In this document: piece after piece, positions 40,333-51,583 of the stretch | Position numbering within the stretch: position 1 is the first letter of the stretch | How the letters are laid out: each line of letters opens with the position of its first letter | Assembly (NCBI GenBank): GCA_965205605.1 | Contig: CBDBHE010000007.1 | Location: 192,001-256,000, forward strand | Direction of reading: 5' to 3' | From: Spirochaetota bacterium | GTDB taxonomy: Bacteria > Spirochaetota > UBA12135 > COTS27 > CBDBHE01 | Length of the DNA stretch: 64,000 nt | Translations under genes and position numbers: made by a program | The notes under the pieces: generated by a model | What the model was told of the DNA's origin: nothing | The model's database searches: none | Seen by the model: the letters and a program-made list of their open reading frames with translations, nothing else

Positions 40333-40878
40333 TCAATACATTTTCCTAATCGCACAAACTTTATTTCGCTTTTGCGAGAAAAAAAACCCTTGATTCCAAT
40401 AACTAACCGCACTAAAAAGATGATTCCCATTTTTAAGCTCTTCTTCTTTATCTCCTTCTTTATCTTCTTCTTTATAAGCAAGATACTTTATCTTTAAATT
40501 CATTGGCGCTTTATCATCATGAAAAATTTTTTCTCGCTTACGATTAAATCGATTCCATTTTTCAATTCCTTGAAACCCCTCCCCTTCATCTTCAACAATA
40601 ATTTTAGCGAGTTTTTTTTCAAAAAGAAAGTAGATTTTTACTTTTTTTTCAAGAAAACAATCATTTCCATGAATAATAGCATTTTTAATAAGTTCAGTAA
40701 TTTGCTCTTCTAAAACCTTAATATCTTGATAATTTTCATCAAGTGCGTACTCCATCACATATTTTGCATATTCTCGTATCTTTTTATAATCACTGTTATA
40801 TTGAACAAATTGCATTTTTTCAATATTCCAACAAGGATCTTGATCATTTGCTAATAAAATAAAAATATTTTGTTTCAT
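40333..40878 (-). CDS. RsbW-like anti-sigma factor / HATPase
   Basis: ELIKNAIIHGN; VEDEGEGF. An AAGAGG SD favours the start at 40878 (MKQNIF). Confidence 0.7.
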   Translation of the reverse strand: MKQNIFILLANDQDPCWNIEKMQFVQYNSDYKKIREYAKYVMEYALDENYQDIKVLEEQITELIKNAIIHGNDCFLEKKVKIYFLFEKKLAKIIVEDEGEGFQGIEKWNRFNRKREKIFHDDKAPMNLKIKYLAYKEEDKEGDKEEELKNGNHLFSAVSYWNQGFFFSQKRNKVCAIRKMY

Positions 40879-40906
40879 TTTTGACCTCTTGAATTTTTTA
40901 TATTGA

Positions 40907-42395
40907 TTACATTTTTTTAAGCACAATAATTGTTTGATCGTCAGTTCTTTCACTATTCCCTCTAAATATTTCTAGGTCTGAAAAAAGTTTTTCTGTAAAA
41001 ACAGAAGGCTCAAGCTTTGCATTTTGAGAACAAAACATAAGTAATTTTTCATAACTATAAAACTCTTTTTTTTGATTTCTCTCTTCATGCAAACCATCTG
41101 TGTAATAAATCATTAATTGATTATCATTAATTTTTTTTTTGGAAGTCCCGTAAATGACTTCTTCATCAATACCTACTAAAGGACTAATATCCTCTTCTTC
41201 AGTCATATTAACAATTTTTTTTGTTTTTGCATCCACTAAAATTGGCGAAGGGTGTCCCCCACTGATGGTTTCGACCTCCATTTTTTCTAAATCAATCACA
41301 CTATAAGCCATTGTAAAATAAAACCCTGTTCCTTGAAACATCGAATAAAAGCCTCTATTAATTTTGTCAACAAAAACAACCGGTTTATCTAAAAAATTTT
41401 TAAAACTATTAAACCAAAATTTAAGTAAAAGAGACACTAATCCCGCTGCCACCCCATGCCCTGATATATCCGCTAAAGCCACTACCACTTTCTTTTTATT
41501 AATAGGTATCACTTCCCAGTAATCCGCTCCAATTTCAAAACTAGGTCTTGACTTAATAGAAGCATTAAAGTTTAAAATTTGCATATTTTTATTACTTACC
41601 ATCAATTTTTCTCTGATGTTTTTAATCAAATTAATTTCATGCTTAAGCTTTTCTCTAAAAGTATTAAGAGTTTTATTTTGCTTATAAATATTACTCAACA
41701 ACACAATAATCAACACCACCACCAAAAGATTGGCCAGTCGCAAAACCATTGTAATATAACTAAATCGAGCTGATATGGTATTAAAATCTTCATTAATATC
41801 ATAACTACTTTTCATCAAGTCCCCCCGGTAAAGCTGAGTGACTTGAAAGATTTTAGAAAAAGCCAAATTCTCTTCTTGCCTTAGTTTCGAAATAAAAAAG
41901 ATGTTTGGCCTTTCAAATAATTTTTTTTCATTATAATCCAGTGTTTTATCAATGACTTTTTTATACTCAAGCCATCTCATCAAAAGATCTTCTTGAACCT
42001 TTATTAACACTTTTTTATCATCCCCTTCTATAAAAATCTCCAAACTGTAAAACTAAAGAATCAATTTGCTCTTTAACGAATTTAATCACACCGGCACTTG
42101 TCTTTCTTTTTTCAAAATCCTTTATAGCACCAATATCTAAAAAGTCTTTAGATAGTAAAGATCGCACAAATTGTACTTTTTCAACCACCAAATCAAAATA
42201 CCAAGTCGGCCTCACAACATTTTTTTGAAAATTATTAACAATCTCCTGAGATTGCCTAAAAGAAGAAATAGAATAAAAATAAGCTAAAAAAATAATTAAA
42301 ATGGCAAAAATAGAAATAAAAACAATTAAAAGAGCATTTTTATTTGGTTTTTTTTTTAAAATATTTAAATTAAATATTTTTTTTATTTTTTTTTT

Positions 42396-42399
<4 letters not shown>
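40907..42399 (-). pseudogene. Membrane-bound SpoIIE/RsbU PP2C phosphatase with two frameshifts in the 5' part
   Basis: PP2C motifs GADYW, ADISGHG, GGHP, YTDG and DDQT are present. The N-terminal TM is reached from ATG 42399 only via A11 to A10, and there is a second shift near 42030-42050. Confidence 0.7.
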
Positions 42400-43402
<1,003 letters not shown>

Positions 43403-43440
43403 CTAATTTTTTTAAATCAATTTCCCAAAAAGATAACAAC

Positions 43441-43492
43441 ATTGAATTAATTAATATTATAATTATAATTATAATATTAATTATAATTCAAT
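43441..43492. repeat. Almost purely A/T 52-bp near-perfect palindrome
   Basis: ATTGAATTAATTAATATTATAATTATAATTATAATATTAATTATAATTCAAT is self-complementary apart from a 2-nt bulge. It lies between divergent hemB and dcd. Confidence 0.8.
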
Positions 43493-43534
43493 AAAAGTTA
43501 ATTTATTATTAAAACATGCTTTTTTTTTTAAAAA

Positions 43535-44080
43535 ATGATTTTAGCCGATAAAACCTTAAGAAATCTTATTTTAACAAAAAAATTACTCATTAATCCCATT
43601 GATGAGCACTCCATTCAGCCCGCTTCGATTGATTGTCGACTAGGAATGAATTTTTTAATTGCTAATGACAAAAAAATGCAAGCCATTACCATGAGTTCAA
43701 AAATTATCTATGAAGAAGTCAAAGCAAAAGAAATCACCCTCCCCCCTCATTCATTTTTACTGGCAACGACAAAAGAATACATTAAGCTTCCCCATAATAT
43801 TACGGCATTTGTAGAAGGAAGAAGCTCGATTGGACGGATTGGTCTTTTTATTCAAAACGCAGGATGGGTGGATCCTGGATTTGAAGGGCGCATTACTTTA
43901 GAGCTATATAATGCTAACTCCTTACCAATTTGCTTACAAGCTGAAAGGCGCATTTGTCAACTTGTTTTTTGTCAAATGGATCAAGCCGCTGAAAACCCTT
44001 ATCGTGGAAAATATCAAAAACAAAAAACAACCGAAGGCAGTCTTATTTTTAAAGACAAAGAAATCCAAAAAAAAAATTAA
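43535..44080 (+). CDS. dcd: dCTP deaminase
   Basis: IQPASIDCRLG; EGRSSIGRIGL; AGWVDPGFEGRITLE; YRGKYQ. Confidence 0.95.
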   Translation: MILADKTLRNLILTKKLLINPIDEHSIQPASIDCRLGMNFLIANDKKMQAITMSSKIIYEEVKAKEITLPPHSFLLATTKEYIKLPHNITAFVEGRSSIGRIGLFIQNAGWVDPGFEGRITLELYNANSLPICLQAERRICQLVFCQMDQAAENPYRGKYQKQKTTEGSLIFKDKEIQKKN

Positions 44081-45099
44081 AAAGAAACGAGATCCTTTGC
44101 TTTAAGAATTGCAAGCGCAAGAGAGGTGGCCTTTGCCTGATACTTCCCTGCTATATCATAAGCTGTGCCATGATCGACAGAAGTCCTCACTATTGGTAAA
44201 CCCATTGTCACATGCACCGACTCTCCTTGAGCCAACATTTTAAAAGGAATTAGTCCCTGATCATGATAACAAGCCACCACCACATCATACCTTCCTCTTC
44301 TTACAAGCCCAAAAGCACTATCGGCACAAAGAGGCCCTTCAATTTCAAATCCTTTTTTTTGTAACAAACCAATTTCTTTTAAAAGCAATCTTTCTTCTTT
44401 CCCAAACAGCCCTTCTTCTCCTGCATGGGGATTAAATCCCATCACCCCAATGGGCTTGTTAGTCTTCAAAATCGTTTTGAGGTGAAGGGCATTTAGAAGG
44501 CTTGTTTTTATCTTTTTAGGCGTTAAGGCTTTGGGCAAATTTTTAATGGAAACATGGGTGGTGATTAAAATAAGATTAAAAAAAGAAGACAAAAAACACA
44601 TGGATACTTGTTTGGCTTTAAAGCCTTTTTCATAAAAAGCCGTTTGATCTTTAAAATTAGATTTAAATAAATAAATCGCTTTTTTATTTACAGGAGCTGT
44701 AATCACTCCATGGTAATTGTTTTTTTTCAAAAGATTCAAACTTGTTTCAAGAGATATCAAAGCAATTTTACCTCCTAAAAGAGACCTCTTTCCAAAATCC
44801 ACAAGTTGTGTTTCTAAAGGCAAAACACAAATCAAAAAAAAATATTTTTTTTGATTTGTAAGATGACGCAATATTAAAACTCCTTTTTCATCGATCCACT
44901 CAAAAGGAAGTTGCCATCTATCAATGAGACGATCAAAATGCACCTTAGACCCAATGACTGAAAGCGTAAAAAAATGATTTAACTGTTTTTGAAATTGATT
45001 GATGATCGGTTCTTTAGAAAATGTTTGATCGAGCAACTTAAGACAAATTTCATAACCAATACCAGCAGGATCTCCTGCGGTAAGAAGAAATTGTTTCAC
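44077..45099 (-). CDS. pdxA: 4-hydroxythreonine-4-phosphate dehydrogenase
   Basis: GDPAGIG; TAPVNK; NPHAGE; YHDQGL; RTSVDHGTAYDIAG. Confidence 0.92.
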   Translation of the reverse strand: MKQFLLTAGDPAGIGYEICLKLLDQTFSKEPIINQFQKQLNHFFTLSVIGSKVHFDRLIDRWQLPFEWIDEKGVLILRHLTNQKKYFFLICVLPLETQLVDFGKRSLLGGKIALISLETSLNLLKKNNYHGVITAPVNKKAIYLFKSNFKDQTAFYEKGFKAKQVSMCFLSSFFNLILITTHVSIKNLPKALTPKKIKTSLLNALHLKTILKTNKPIGVMGFNPHAGEEGLFGKEERLLLKEIGLLQKKGFEIEGPLCADSAFGLVRRGRYDVVVACYHDQGLIPFKMLAQGESVHVTMGLPIVRTSVDHGTAYDIAGKYQAKATSLALAILKAKDLVSF

Positions 45100-45109
45100 A
45101 ACTTATCAG

Positions 45110-45529
45110 TTATTCTTTTTCATAAAAATCAAGGATTGATTTTTTTGTTGGAAGATTATTTTTTCTAGAAAGAAAACAATGCCCTTCGTATAAAACACCA
45201 TTTTGCATAATCAGCTCTGGGGCTTCAATATCTCCTAAAACTTTAGCGGTTGATAACAACAAAATAAGGATTTTTGCTTTGATTTTTCCAATCACAACCC
45301 CTTCAATAATAATACTATCAGCCACAATATCTGATCTTACTTTTCCAGTAAGTCCAATGGTCAAAAGATTGGCTTCGATGAGGTCGCCTTCATATTTACC
45401 ATCAATATGTAGGTTTCCTTTGGGTTTTAATTTTCCTTTAAAAAAACTATTTGTCCCAATAATGTTTTCACTTTCTTTCCCAAAAACTTGAGAAGAAACG
45501 ATTTTTTTTTTCCATTTTTTTTTTTCCAT
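45110..45529 (-). CDS. Bactofilin
   Basis: IIG...FKGKL..GNLHIDG.YEG; IGLTGKV; AKVLGDI beta-helix repeats. Confidence 0.88.
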   Translation of the reverse strand: MEKKKWKKKIVSSQVFGKESENIIGTNSFFKGKLKPKGNLHIDGKYEGDLIEANLLTIGLTGKVRSDIVADSIIIEGVVIGKIKAKILILLLSTAKVLGDIEAPELIMQNGVLYEGHCFLSRKNNLPTKKSILDFYEKE

Positions 45530-45717
45530 TTTTTTAAATAATCATCCTTAAAAAGCTCTAAAAGCTAGTTGGATTATAATATTAATGCCAACTATTTGCA
45601 CATTATCGTTTTAAACAATAGGAAATATCTAAGAGAAATAAGAAAAAAAAACCAGACCTCTAAAAAAAATCAAAGTTGTTTTTAGGGATCTGGTATTAAA
45701 AAACTTAAGCGATTTTA

Positions 45718-47322
45718 TTAATGTAAAATAGAATCAAATGTATTGGCAGAAGAACCTTTCAAAACTCGAGCATACTTCTGGGGTATTTTTGATCCTAAGA
45801 AAGCACTTTCTTCAAGGTAAGGGAATAAATCTCCATAATTTCTTACTTCATTCAAACTAAGGCGTTTCATAATATGCCATCGCTTTAATCTTTCATGAGT
45901 GCTCAGACCCATAGCTCCTAAAAGCTCAGCAACAGAATGTAGCGTTTCTTCTTGAAAATTAGCCACACGTACTTTTTTAGAATTAACATGGATTCCTTTA
46001 TATAAGTTTGGATCTTGAGTTGCCACTCCTGTGGGACATGTGTCTGTATTACACTGCAAAGCTTGAATACACCCTAAAGAAACCATAAAGGCTCTTGCAG
46101 AATAACAAAGATCGGCTCCTAAAGATAAAAATCTGACAATATCAAAACCTGTTGTAATTTTTCCAGAAACAATGATCTTGATTTTATCTCTAAGTCCAAA
46201 TCCTATAAGAGCATTTTCTAAATCAATGAGCCCTTCTGTGATAGGAGTCCCAACAGAATTACTAAACTCCAAAGGAGCCGAGCCTGTCCCCCCTTCAGCT
46301 CCATCAATGGCAATGTAATCAGGGCTAATGCCTGTTTGTACCATCGCTTTACAAACCGAATAAATCTCTCTTCTTTTCCCAAAACAAACTTTAAATCCAA
46401 TTGGTTTTCCACCTGAAAGCTCTCTAAGTTTTTCGATAAATTTCATTAGCTCAACTGGATTAGAAAAAGAAGAGTGACTCGCAGGAGAATAAACCGTTTC
46501 ACCTGGTTTGACATTTCTAATCTTTGCAATTTCTTCGGTGACTTTAGCACCAGGTAAAATGCCTCCTTTTCCTGGTTTGGCACCTTGAGAAAGCTTAATT
46601 TCAATCATTTTTACTTGAGGGGCATGAGATTTTTCTTTAAAAAGACCTGGATCAAAATTCCCATCTTTATCTCGACACCCAAAATAAGCAGTCCCAATTT
46701 GCCAAATAAGATCCCCTTCATTTTTCAAGTGATAAGGACTAAGCCCTCCTTCTCCTGTATTATGAGCAAACTTTCCTATCTTAGCACCTCCATTAAGAGC
46801 CATAATCGCATTTCGACTTAAAGCACCAAAACTCATTGCTGAAATATTTAAAAGAGAAGCATTATATGGACGCATACATTGATCGCCACCTATCTTGACC
46901 CTTAAAGTACTTTGATCGACTTTCTTAGGCACTAATGAATGATTGACCCATTCGTAGCCGACTCGATTTACATCAAGACGAGTCCCAAAAGGCATCGTAT
47001 CTAAAACTTTTTTAGCTCTTTGATAAATAACACTTCTTTTTTCAAACGTTAATGGCGCTCCATCAGAGTTGCTTTCTACAAAATACTGATGAATCTCTGG
47101 TCTAATTTTAAGCAACAAATAACGCATATGCCCTACAACAGGAAAGTTTCTTAAAATTGTATGGTGTTTTTGAAAAATATCATGAAGCCCGATGATCGTA
47201 ATAGGAATGACCGGTAACAATAGTAACAAAAAATACGGTTCTTTCTTGAAAAAAGCAAGCCCAATACTTGTACAAAAAGCAGCTATATTAAATAAATGAA
47301 ACAATGTTTTAATTTTATGCAT
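45718..47322 (-). CDS. FMN-binding glutamate synthase family protein
   Basis: SAMSFGALS; HNTGEGG; EIKLSQGAKPG; GGTGSAP; CIQALQCNTDTCPTG. Confidence 0.92.
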   Translation of the reverse strand: MHKIKTLFHLFNIAAFCTSIGLAFFKKEPYFLLLLLPVIPITIIGLHDIFQKHHTILRNFPVVGHMRYLLLKIRPEIHQYFVESNSDGAPLTFEKRSVIYQRAKKVLDTMPFGTRLDVNRVGYEWVNHSLVPKKVDQSTLRVKIGGDQCMRPYNASLLNISAMSFGALSRNAIMALNGGAKIGKFAHNTGEGGLSPYHLKNEGDLIWQIGTAYFGCRDKDGNFDPGLFKEKSHAPQVKMIEIKLSQGAKPGKGGILPGAKVTEEIAKIRNVKPGETVYSPASHSSFSNPVELMKFIEKLRELSGGKPIGFKVCFGKRREIYSVCKAMVQTGISPDYIAIDGAEGGTGSAPLEFSNSVGTPITEGLIDLENALIGFGLRDKIKIIVSGKITTGFDIVRFLSLGADLCYSARAFMVSLGCIQALQCNTDTCPTGVATQDPNLYKGIHVNSKKVRVANFQEETLHSVAELLGAMGLSTHERLKRWHIMKRLSLNEVRNYGDLFPYLEESAFLGSKIPQKYARVLKGSSANTFDSILH

Positions 47323-47358
47323 GATTTAAATCTCCTTATATCAATGAATAATTTTTTT

Positions 47359-48996
47359 TTAAATAATGTCTATTTTCGATTTCAATTCTTTAATAAGCAC
47401 TTTCTCATTTTCAGAATAATCAACTGGAAGCTCAATTAAATGAACTCCTTTACTATTTATGGCTTTTTGAAGGGTTTCCTTATACCCTTGTGTTGATTTG
47501 ATTCGATGGCCACTAGCCCCATAACTTTCAGCATACTTGACAAAGTCTGGATTTCCAAAATCAAGACCAAAGTTTTCAAAATCCATTCCTGCTTGCTTCC
47601 ATTTAATCATCCCATAAGCGTCATCTCGCAAAATCAGTACCACCAAATCTAGTTTAAGTCTAACAGCTGTTTCAATTTCTTGAGAGTTCATCATAAACCC
47701 TCCATCCCCACAAATAGCCATTACTTTTCGATCTGGGGACACGATCTTTGCTCCCATCGCCGAAGGTAGCCCCGCACCCATCGTTGCAAGAGCATTGTCT
47801 AAAAGGACTGTATTAGGGCCATAAGCCTTATAATTTCTAGAAAACCAAATCTTATAAACCCCATTATCTAAAGCAATAACCCCGTCATCTGGCATGATGT
47901 CTCTTGTGTCTTGAACAATTCGCTGAGGAATTAATGGAAACCTATCTTCTTTTGATTTTTCTTCTATATGAATTTCAACGGCTCCTTTGACTTTTTTAAA
48001 ATAATTCATTTCCCAATTAGCAGGTTTAACCCCTTCTTTAATTTGCCAAAGCCCATTGGCAATATCCCCTACAACTTCTAGTTGAGGAAAGTAAATTTCG
48101 TCCACTTTAGCAGAAAAATAATTGATATGAATCACTTCTTTCCCTCCTTTTTCCATAAAAAAAGGTGGTTTTTCGATGACATCATGACCGACATTTAAAA
48201 CAAGATCTGCTTTATCAATGGCACAATGAATATAATCTCCTGAAGAAAGAGATGCCGTTCCTAAACATAAAGGATGCCTTTCATCAATGACCCCCTTACC
48301 CATTTGAGTGTTAAAAAAATAAATTCCTGTTTTTTCAATGAGTTGTTTTAATACCTTAGAAACCATATAACGATTGGCTCCAGCTCCAATTAAAATCAAA
48401 GGATATTTGGCAAATTGAAGCATTTCAATCGCTTTTTTAATGGCTTTAGGTTCTGCAACAGGGCGTCTAGACTTGGTGGGTTTTATGAGTTCAGCGTCTG
48501 TTTTTTCAGCAGCAATATCTTCGGGCAACTCTAAATGAACCGCTCCTGGTCTTTCTTCTTGAGAAAGCCTAAAGGCTTCTCTTACCAAAGAAGGAATCGT
48601 ATTGCCATGGACAATTTGCTTGCTCCATTTGGTAATGGGCTTCATCATTTCAACAATGTCTACAATTTGAAATTGCCCTTGTTTACTTTTTTTTACAGGT
48701 TTTTGACCTGTGATCATTAAAATAGGCATCCCCCCTAATTGAGCGTAAGCTGCAGGAGTGACAAAGTTGGTCGCTCCAGGCCCTAAAGTCGATAAACAAA
48801 CACCCGCTTTCCCTGTCAACCTACCATAAGTCGCTGCCATAAAAGCAGCTCCTTGTTCATGACGCGTTAAAATAAGCTTGATTTTAGAATCTTTCATCGA
48901 ATCCAAAAAATCTAAATTTTCTTCCCCGGGGATTCCAAATAAATACTTTACCCCTTCATTTTCCAAAGCTTTTACAAACAAATCTGATGCCTTCAA
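47359..48996 (-). CDS. Acetolactate synthase large subunit family ThDP enzyme
   Basis: FGIPGEEN; RHEQGAAFMA; TLGPGATN; GDGGFMMN. Confidence 0.92.
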   Translation of the reverse strand: MKASDLFVKALENEGVKYLFGIPGEENLDFLDSMKDSKIKLILTRHEQGAAFMAATYGRLTGKAGVCLSTLGPGATNFVTPAAYAQLGGMPILMITGQKPVKKSKQGQFQIVDIVEMMKPITKWSKQIVHGNTIPSLVREAFRLSQEERPGAVHLELPEDIAAEKTDAELIKPTKSRRPVAEPKAIKKAIEMLQFAKYPLILIGAGANRYMVSKVLKQLIEKTGIYFFNTQMGKGVIDERHPLCLGTASLSSGDYIHCAIDKADLVLNVGHDVIEKPPFFMEKGGKEVIHINYFSAKVDEIYFPQLEVVGDIANGLWQIKEGVKPANWEMNYFKKVKGAVEIHIEEKSKEDRFPLIPQRIVQDTRDIMPDDGVIALDNGVYKIWFSRNYKAYGPNTVLLDNALATMGAGLPSAMGAKIVSPDRKVMAICGDGGFMMNSQEIETAVRLKLDLVVLILRDDAYGMIKWKQAGMDFENFGLDFGNPDFVKYAESYGASGHRIKSTQGYKETLQKAINSKGVHLIELPVDYSENEKVLIKELKSKIDII

Positions 48997-49107
48997 ACTA
49001 ATCTCCTTATTAAAATTATCTTTGATTTAAACCGTTAATCTTTCTCTAAGCGACTTATTAATTCAATACTCTAGAATATATATTAGATGTTATCAAAAAA
49101 ACAACAA

Positions 49108-49824
49108 CTATTTTTTAAATTTTTTTTTAGATTTTAAAATAAAAAAAGGAATTTTTAAGATCGCTTCTAAAATAATCATTTTACTCATTTTTGAAACTCC
49201 CTCACCTCTCTCATGAAACATAATCGGGATTTCTCCTACTTTAAAGCCTAATTTTTTAACTATATAGTTCATCTCCACTTGATAACAATACCCACTAGAT
49301 TTCATTACTTTAAAGTTAATGCTTTCTAAAACCTTCCTTTTATAACATTTAAATCCCCCCGTTAAATCCTTAATATCGATACGAGTAAAAAAACGGGCAT
49401 AAAAATTAGCAAAATAAGAAAGAAGGATTCGATAAATACCCCAATTACTCACACTAATCCCACTTACATATCGAGATCCAATCACCATATCAAAGTTTTT
49501 CATAGCTTCTAACATTTCTTTAATATACTTGCTATCATGAGAAAAATCCCCATCCATTTGCACAATATAATCGGTCTTTTTTTTAAAAGCTTGTGTAAAT
49601 CCATTTAAATACGCTCTCCCCAATCCTTTTTTTTTTTTTTGAAACACCAAATGTAAATGAAGATCTTTTTTCGAAAACTCTTTAACTAATTTCCAAGTCT
49701 CGTCTGGCGAATTATCATCAACAATAAAAATCTCCGCTTTAGGATAATCTTTTCTCAAATTCGGAATTAATTGTTTAAGATTTTCTCTCTCGTTATAAGT
49801 GGGAATGACAATTGAAAGAGTCAT
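49108..49824 (-). CDS. Polyprenol monophosphomannose synthase-like GT2
   Basis: IPTYNE; VDDNSPD; MDGDFSH; DLTGGF; ERGEGVSKM. Confidence 0.88.
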   Translation of the reverse strand: MTLSIVIPTYNERENLKQLIPNLRKDYPKAEIFIVDDNSPDETWKLVKEFSKKDLHLHLVFQKKKKGLGRAYLNGFTQAFKKKTDYIVQMDGDFSHDSKYIKEMLEAMKNFDMVIGSRYVSGISVSNWGIYRILLSYFANFYARFFTRIDIKDLTGGFKCYKRKVLESINFKVMKSSGYCYQVEMNYIVKKLGFKVGEIPIMFHERGEGVSKMSKMIILEAILKIPFFILKSKKKFKK

Positions 49825-50031
49825 TTTTTTTTTTTCAAAATGAAACCAATACTAGTTTTTTTTAATTAAAATTTACTTTATGATAACTTTTAAATGAGGA
49901 AATCACAACAGTGGTTTATCAAAAAAAAAATTAGAAAAAAAACGTTTTTTTTATATTTTTCCAATTAATAAAAAACATTCATGATTTTTTTATTTATTTA
50001 TGATTAACTTAAAAAACAATTTTTTTTAACC

Positions 50032-50562
50032 ATGATCGATCCTTTTTTAATCCCCAAGACAACGACTTGCAAGTCATTTAAACCCACAAAAGATCAATTT
50101 ATTGCAAGAGGAACCATTGTCATAGGTGACATTCGGCTAGACGAACAAGTCTCTATTTGGTATCAAGCTGTTTTAAGAGCCGATATTAATTATATCAAAA
50201 TCCAAAAAAGAAGTAACATTCAAGATGGTTGCGTGATTCACGTCACCAATAATCACCCTTGTATTATTGAAAATGACGTCACCGTCGCTCATCACGCCAC
50301 CCTTCACGGGTGTCACATCAAACAAGGAACCTTAATTGGGATTGGAGCCATTGTCTTAACAGGAGCTAGTATCGGAAAAGGTTCTATTATTGCAGCTGGC
50401 TGTGTTATTAAAGAAAACCAAGTCATTCCTCCCTTTTCTTTAGTCGTAGGGGTTCCTGGTAAAATTATCAAAACTTTAGACGAAAAAGCATATCAAGAAA
50501 ATTGTCATTGGGCAAAAAAATATGTTCAATTAGCTAAAATACATCAAAAAGCTCAAAATTAA
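50032..50562 (+). CDS. Gamma carbonic anhydrase family protein
   Basis: VLRAD; SNIQDGCVIH; HHATLHGC. Confidence 0.9.
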   Translation: MIDPFLIPKTTTCKSFKPTKDQFIARGTIVIGDIRLDEQVSIWYQAVLRADINYIKIQKRSNIQDGCVIHVTNNHPCIIENDVTVAHHATLHGCHIKQGTLIGIGAIVLTGASIGKGSIIAAGCVIKENQVIPPFSLVVGVPGKIIKTLDEKAYQENCHWAKKYVQLAKIHQKAQN

Positions 50563-50629
50563 ATCATTGCTAATAAATAAACAAACTTTAAAAACAGGCT
50601 TCACACCTTCATCAAAAAGATCATATAAT

Positions 50630-50656
50630 AAAGTACTTAAAGTACTTAAAGTACTT
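50630..50656. promoter_or_regulatory. Triple 9-bp repeat immediately after a -10 box upstream of accD
   Basis: TATAAT (50624-29) followed by (AAAGTACTT)x3; each unit contains the palindrome AAGTACTT. Confidence 0.5.
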
Positions 50657-50704
50657 TTTTTTTTAAAAAAAAAATTAATCAATCATCATTAAAGAGAGTC
50701 TTCA

Positions 50705-51556
50705 ATGGATAGCTGGTTTAATAAGCCTAAATACAAGAATGTAAAGATTAAAATGGAAACAGATTTCATTTCTCAAGAGACCTGGGTAAAATGCCAAGAG
50801 TGTGATTTGCAAATTTTTCACAAAGAAATTGAAAATAATCTTTATATGTGTAAAAAATGTGGTTATCATTTTCGTATCAATGCTAAACAACGCATCAAAC
50901 TTTTAATTGACCCCCATACTTTCAAAGAGTATTTTGCCAATATCACCACTATCAATCCTCTTAATTTTACCGATTCTAAAGAAAACTACCGTGATAAAAT
51001 CAAACAAAATATCAAAAAAAATAAGATGAGTGAATGCGTGATTGTCGGGACGGGAGATATTAATAAACAAAAAATTGTTTTAGCGGCAATGGATTTTAAT
51101 TTTATGGGAGGAAGTATGGGGTCTGCTGTAGGGGAGAAAATTTATCAAGCCACTCAGCTTTCTCTTAAAAAAAAGATTCCACTTGTGATTGTTTCAAGCT
51201 CCGGGGGAGCAAGAATGCAAGAAGGAATTTTATCGCTAATGCAAATGGGAAAAACCTGTGCTGGACTCGAACAAATGGAACAAGAAAATCTTCCTTTTAT
51301 TTCAATTTTAACCGATCCAACAATGGGAGGAGTCATGGCTTCTTTTGCCTCTTTAGGAGACATTATCATCGCCGAGCCTAAAGCGATTATCGGTTTTGCT
51401 GGCCCTCGTGTCATCGAACAAACCATTAAACAAAAATTACCTGTAGGATTTCAACGATCCGAGTTTTTACTCGAACACGGCTTTATTGATTGCATCGTCG
51501 CTCGAAACAATCTAAAAGAAACTCTTACTGATTTCCTTATCTTTTTTAAACATTAA
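50705..51556 (+). CDS. accD: Acetyl-CoA carboxylase carboxyltransferase beta subunit
   Basis: C4 Zn finger; FMGGSMG; SGGARMQEG; GFAGPRVIEQT; FQRSEFL. Confidence 0.96.
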   Translation: MDSWFNKPKYKNVKIKMETDFISQETWVKCQECDLQIFHKEIENNLYMCKKCGYHFRINAKQRIKLLIDPHTFKEYFANITTINPLNFTDSKENYRDKIKQNIKKNKMSECVIVGTGDINKQKIVLAAMDFNFMGGSMGSAVGEKIYQATQLSLKKKIPLVIVSSSGGARMQEGILSLMQMGKTCAGLEQMEQENLPFISILTDPTMGGVMASFASLGDIIIAEPKAIIGFAGPRVIEQTIKQKLPVGFQRSEFLLEHGFIDCIVARNNLKETLTDFLIFFKH

Positions 51557-51583
51557 TATCAATTCTTTTATCGACTTTTTTTT

